Below are positions 63,808-64,000 of a stretch of DNA of 64,000 bases, piece after piece. Both the position numbers and the translations under genes were made by a program. The DNA comes from Methanomethylovorans hollandica DSM 15978 (lineage in GTDB: Archaea > Halobacteriota > Methanosarcinia > Methanosarcinales > Methanosarcinaceae), in contig NC_019977.1 in NCBI RefSeq assembly GCF_000328665.1, positions 186,001 through 250,000 of the forward strand. Direction: 5' to 3'. Below the pieces are notes generated by a model. The model was not told the DNA's origin and did no database searches. It worked only from the letters and a program-made list of their open reading frames with translations. Each line of letters starts with the position of its first letter. The stretch's first letter is position 1.

Positions 63808-64000
63808 AATGATCCTCGAAAATGATTTATTAATATGAATGTTATTCTATGATAGAACATCGATATTCCCATTGGATTTAACATTATCGAGGTTTTCAGG
63901 ATTGCTTCCCTTCTTCAAATGTGTTCATAAAATGTAAATAAAATGCCATAATGCTTATATGCGTGACCATATATACAAAGAACTAAGCAAGGCCGAAAGA

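Overview
This window is core-genome DNA from a methanogenic archaeon of the family Methanosarcinaceae. The 16S sequence, mtd, sepS and a DUF1608 S-layer gene support that family; the genus is tentatively Methanomethylovorans- or Methanolobus-like, judged by eye only. RNA genes: a complete rRNA operon (16S, tRNA-Ala, 23S, tRNA-Cys, 5S), SRP RNA, tRNA-Ser and an intron-containing tRNA-Met. Protein genes: housekeeping genes (prs, moaC, nnr, hisE, hxlB, polB, pyrC, rio1, aIF-1A, tgtA, serB, mtd, sepS, hef, glyS), a pstSCAB-phoU operon with a separate AbrB-PhoU regulator, oapAB-like genes, and a glycosyltransferase-AglB-S-layer locus. No mobile element or CRISPR array was seen. The strongest novelty candidate is a tightly coupled operon of a divergent UbiA prenyltransferase, a divergent geranylgeranyl-reductase-like flavoprotein and a radical SAM enzyme (48214-51475). 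Its chemistry fits the side-chain steps of methanophenazine, whose pathway is to my knowledge unresolved, or of another isoprenoid ether. Other leads: apparent non-canonical start codons (notably CUG for aIF-1A), an unannotated zinc-finger microprotein with an in-frame UGA, a structured S-layer leader rich in K-turn-like motifs, and a periodic Pho-box-like array. All assignments come from motif recognition; no database searches were run.
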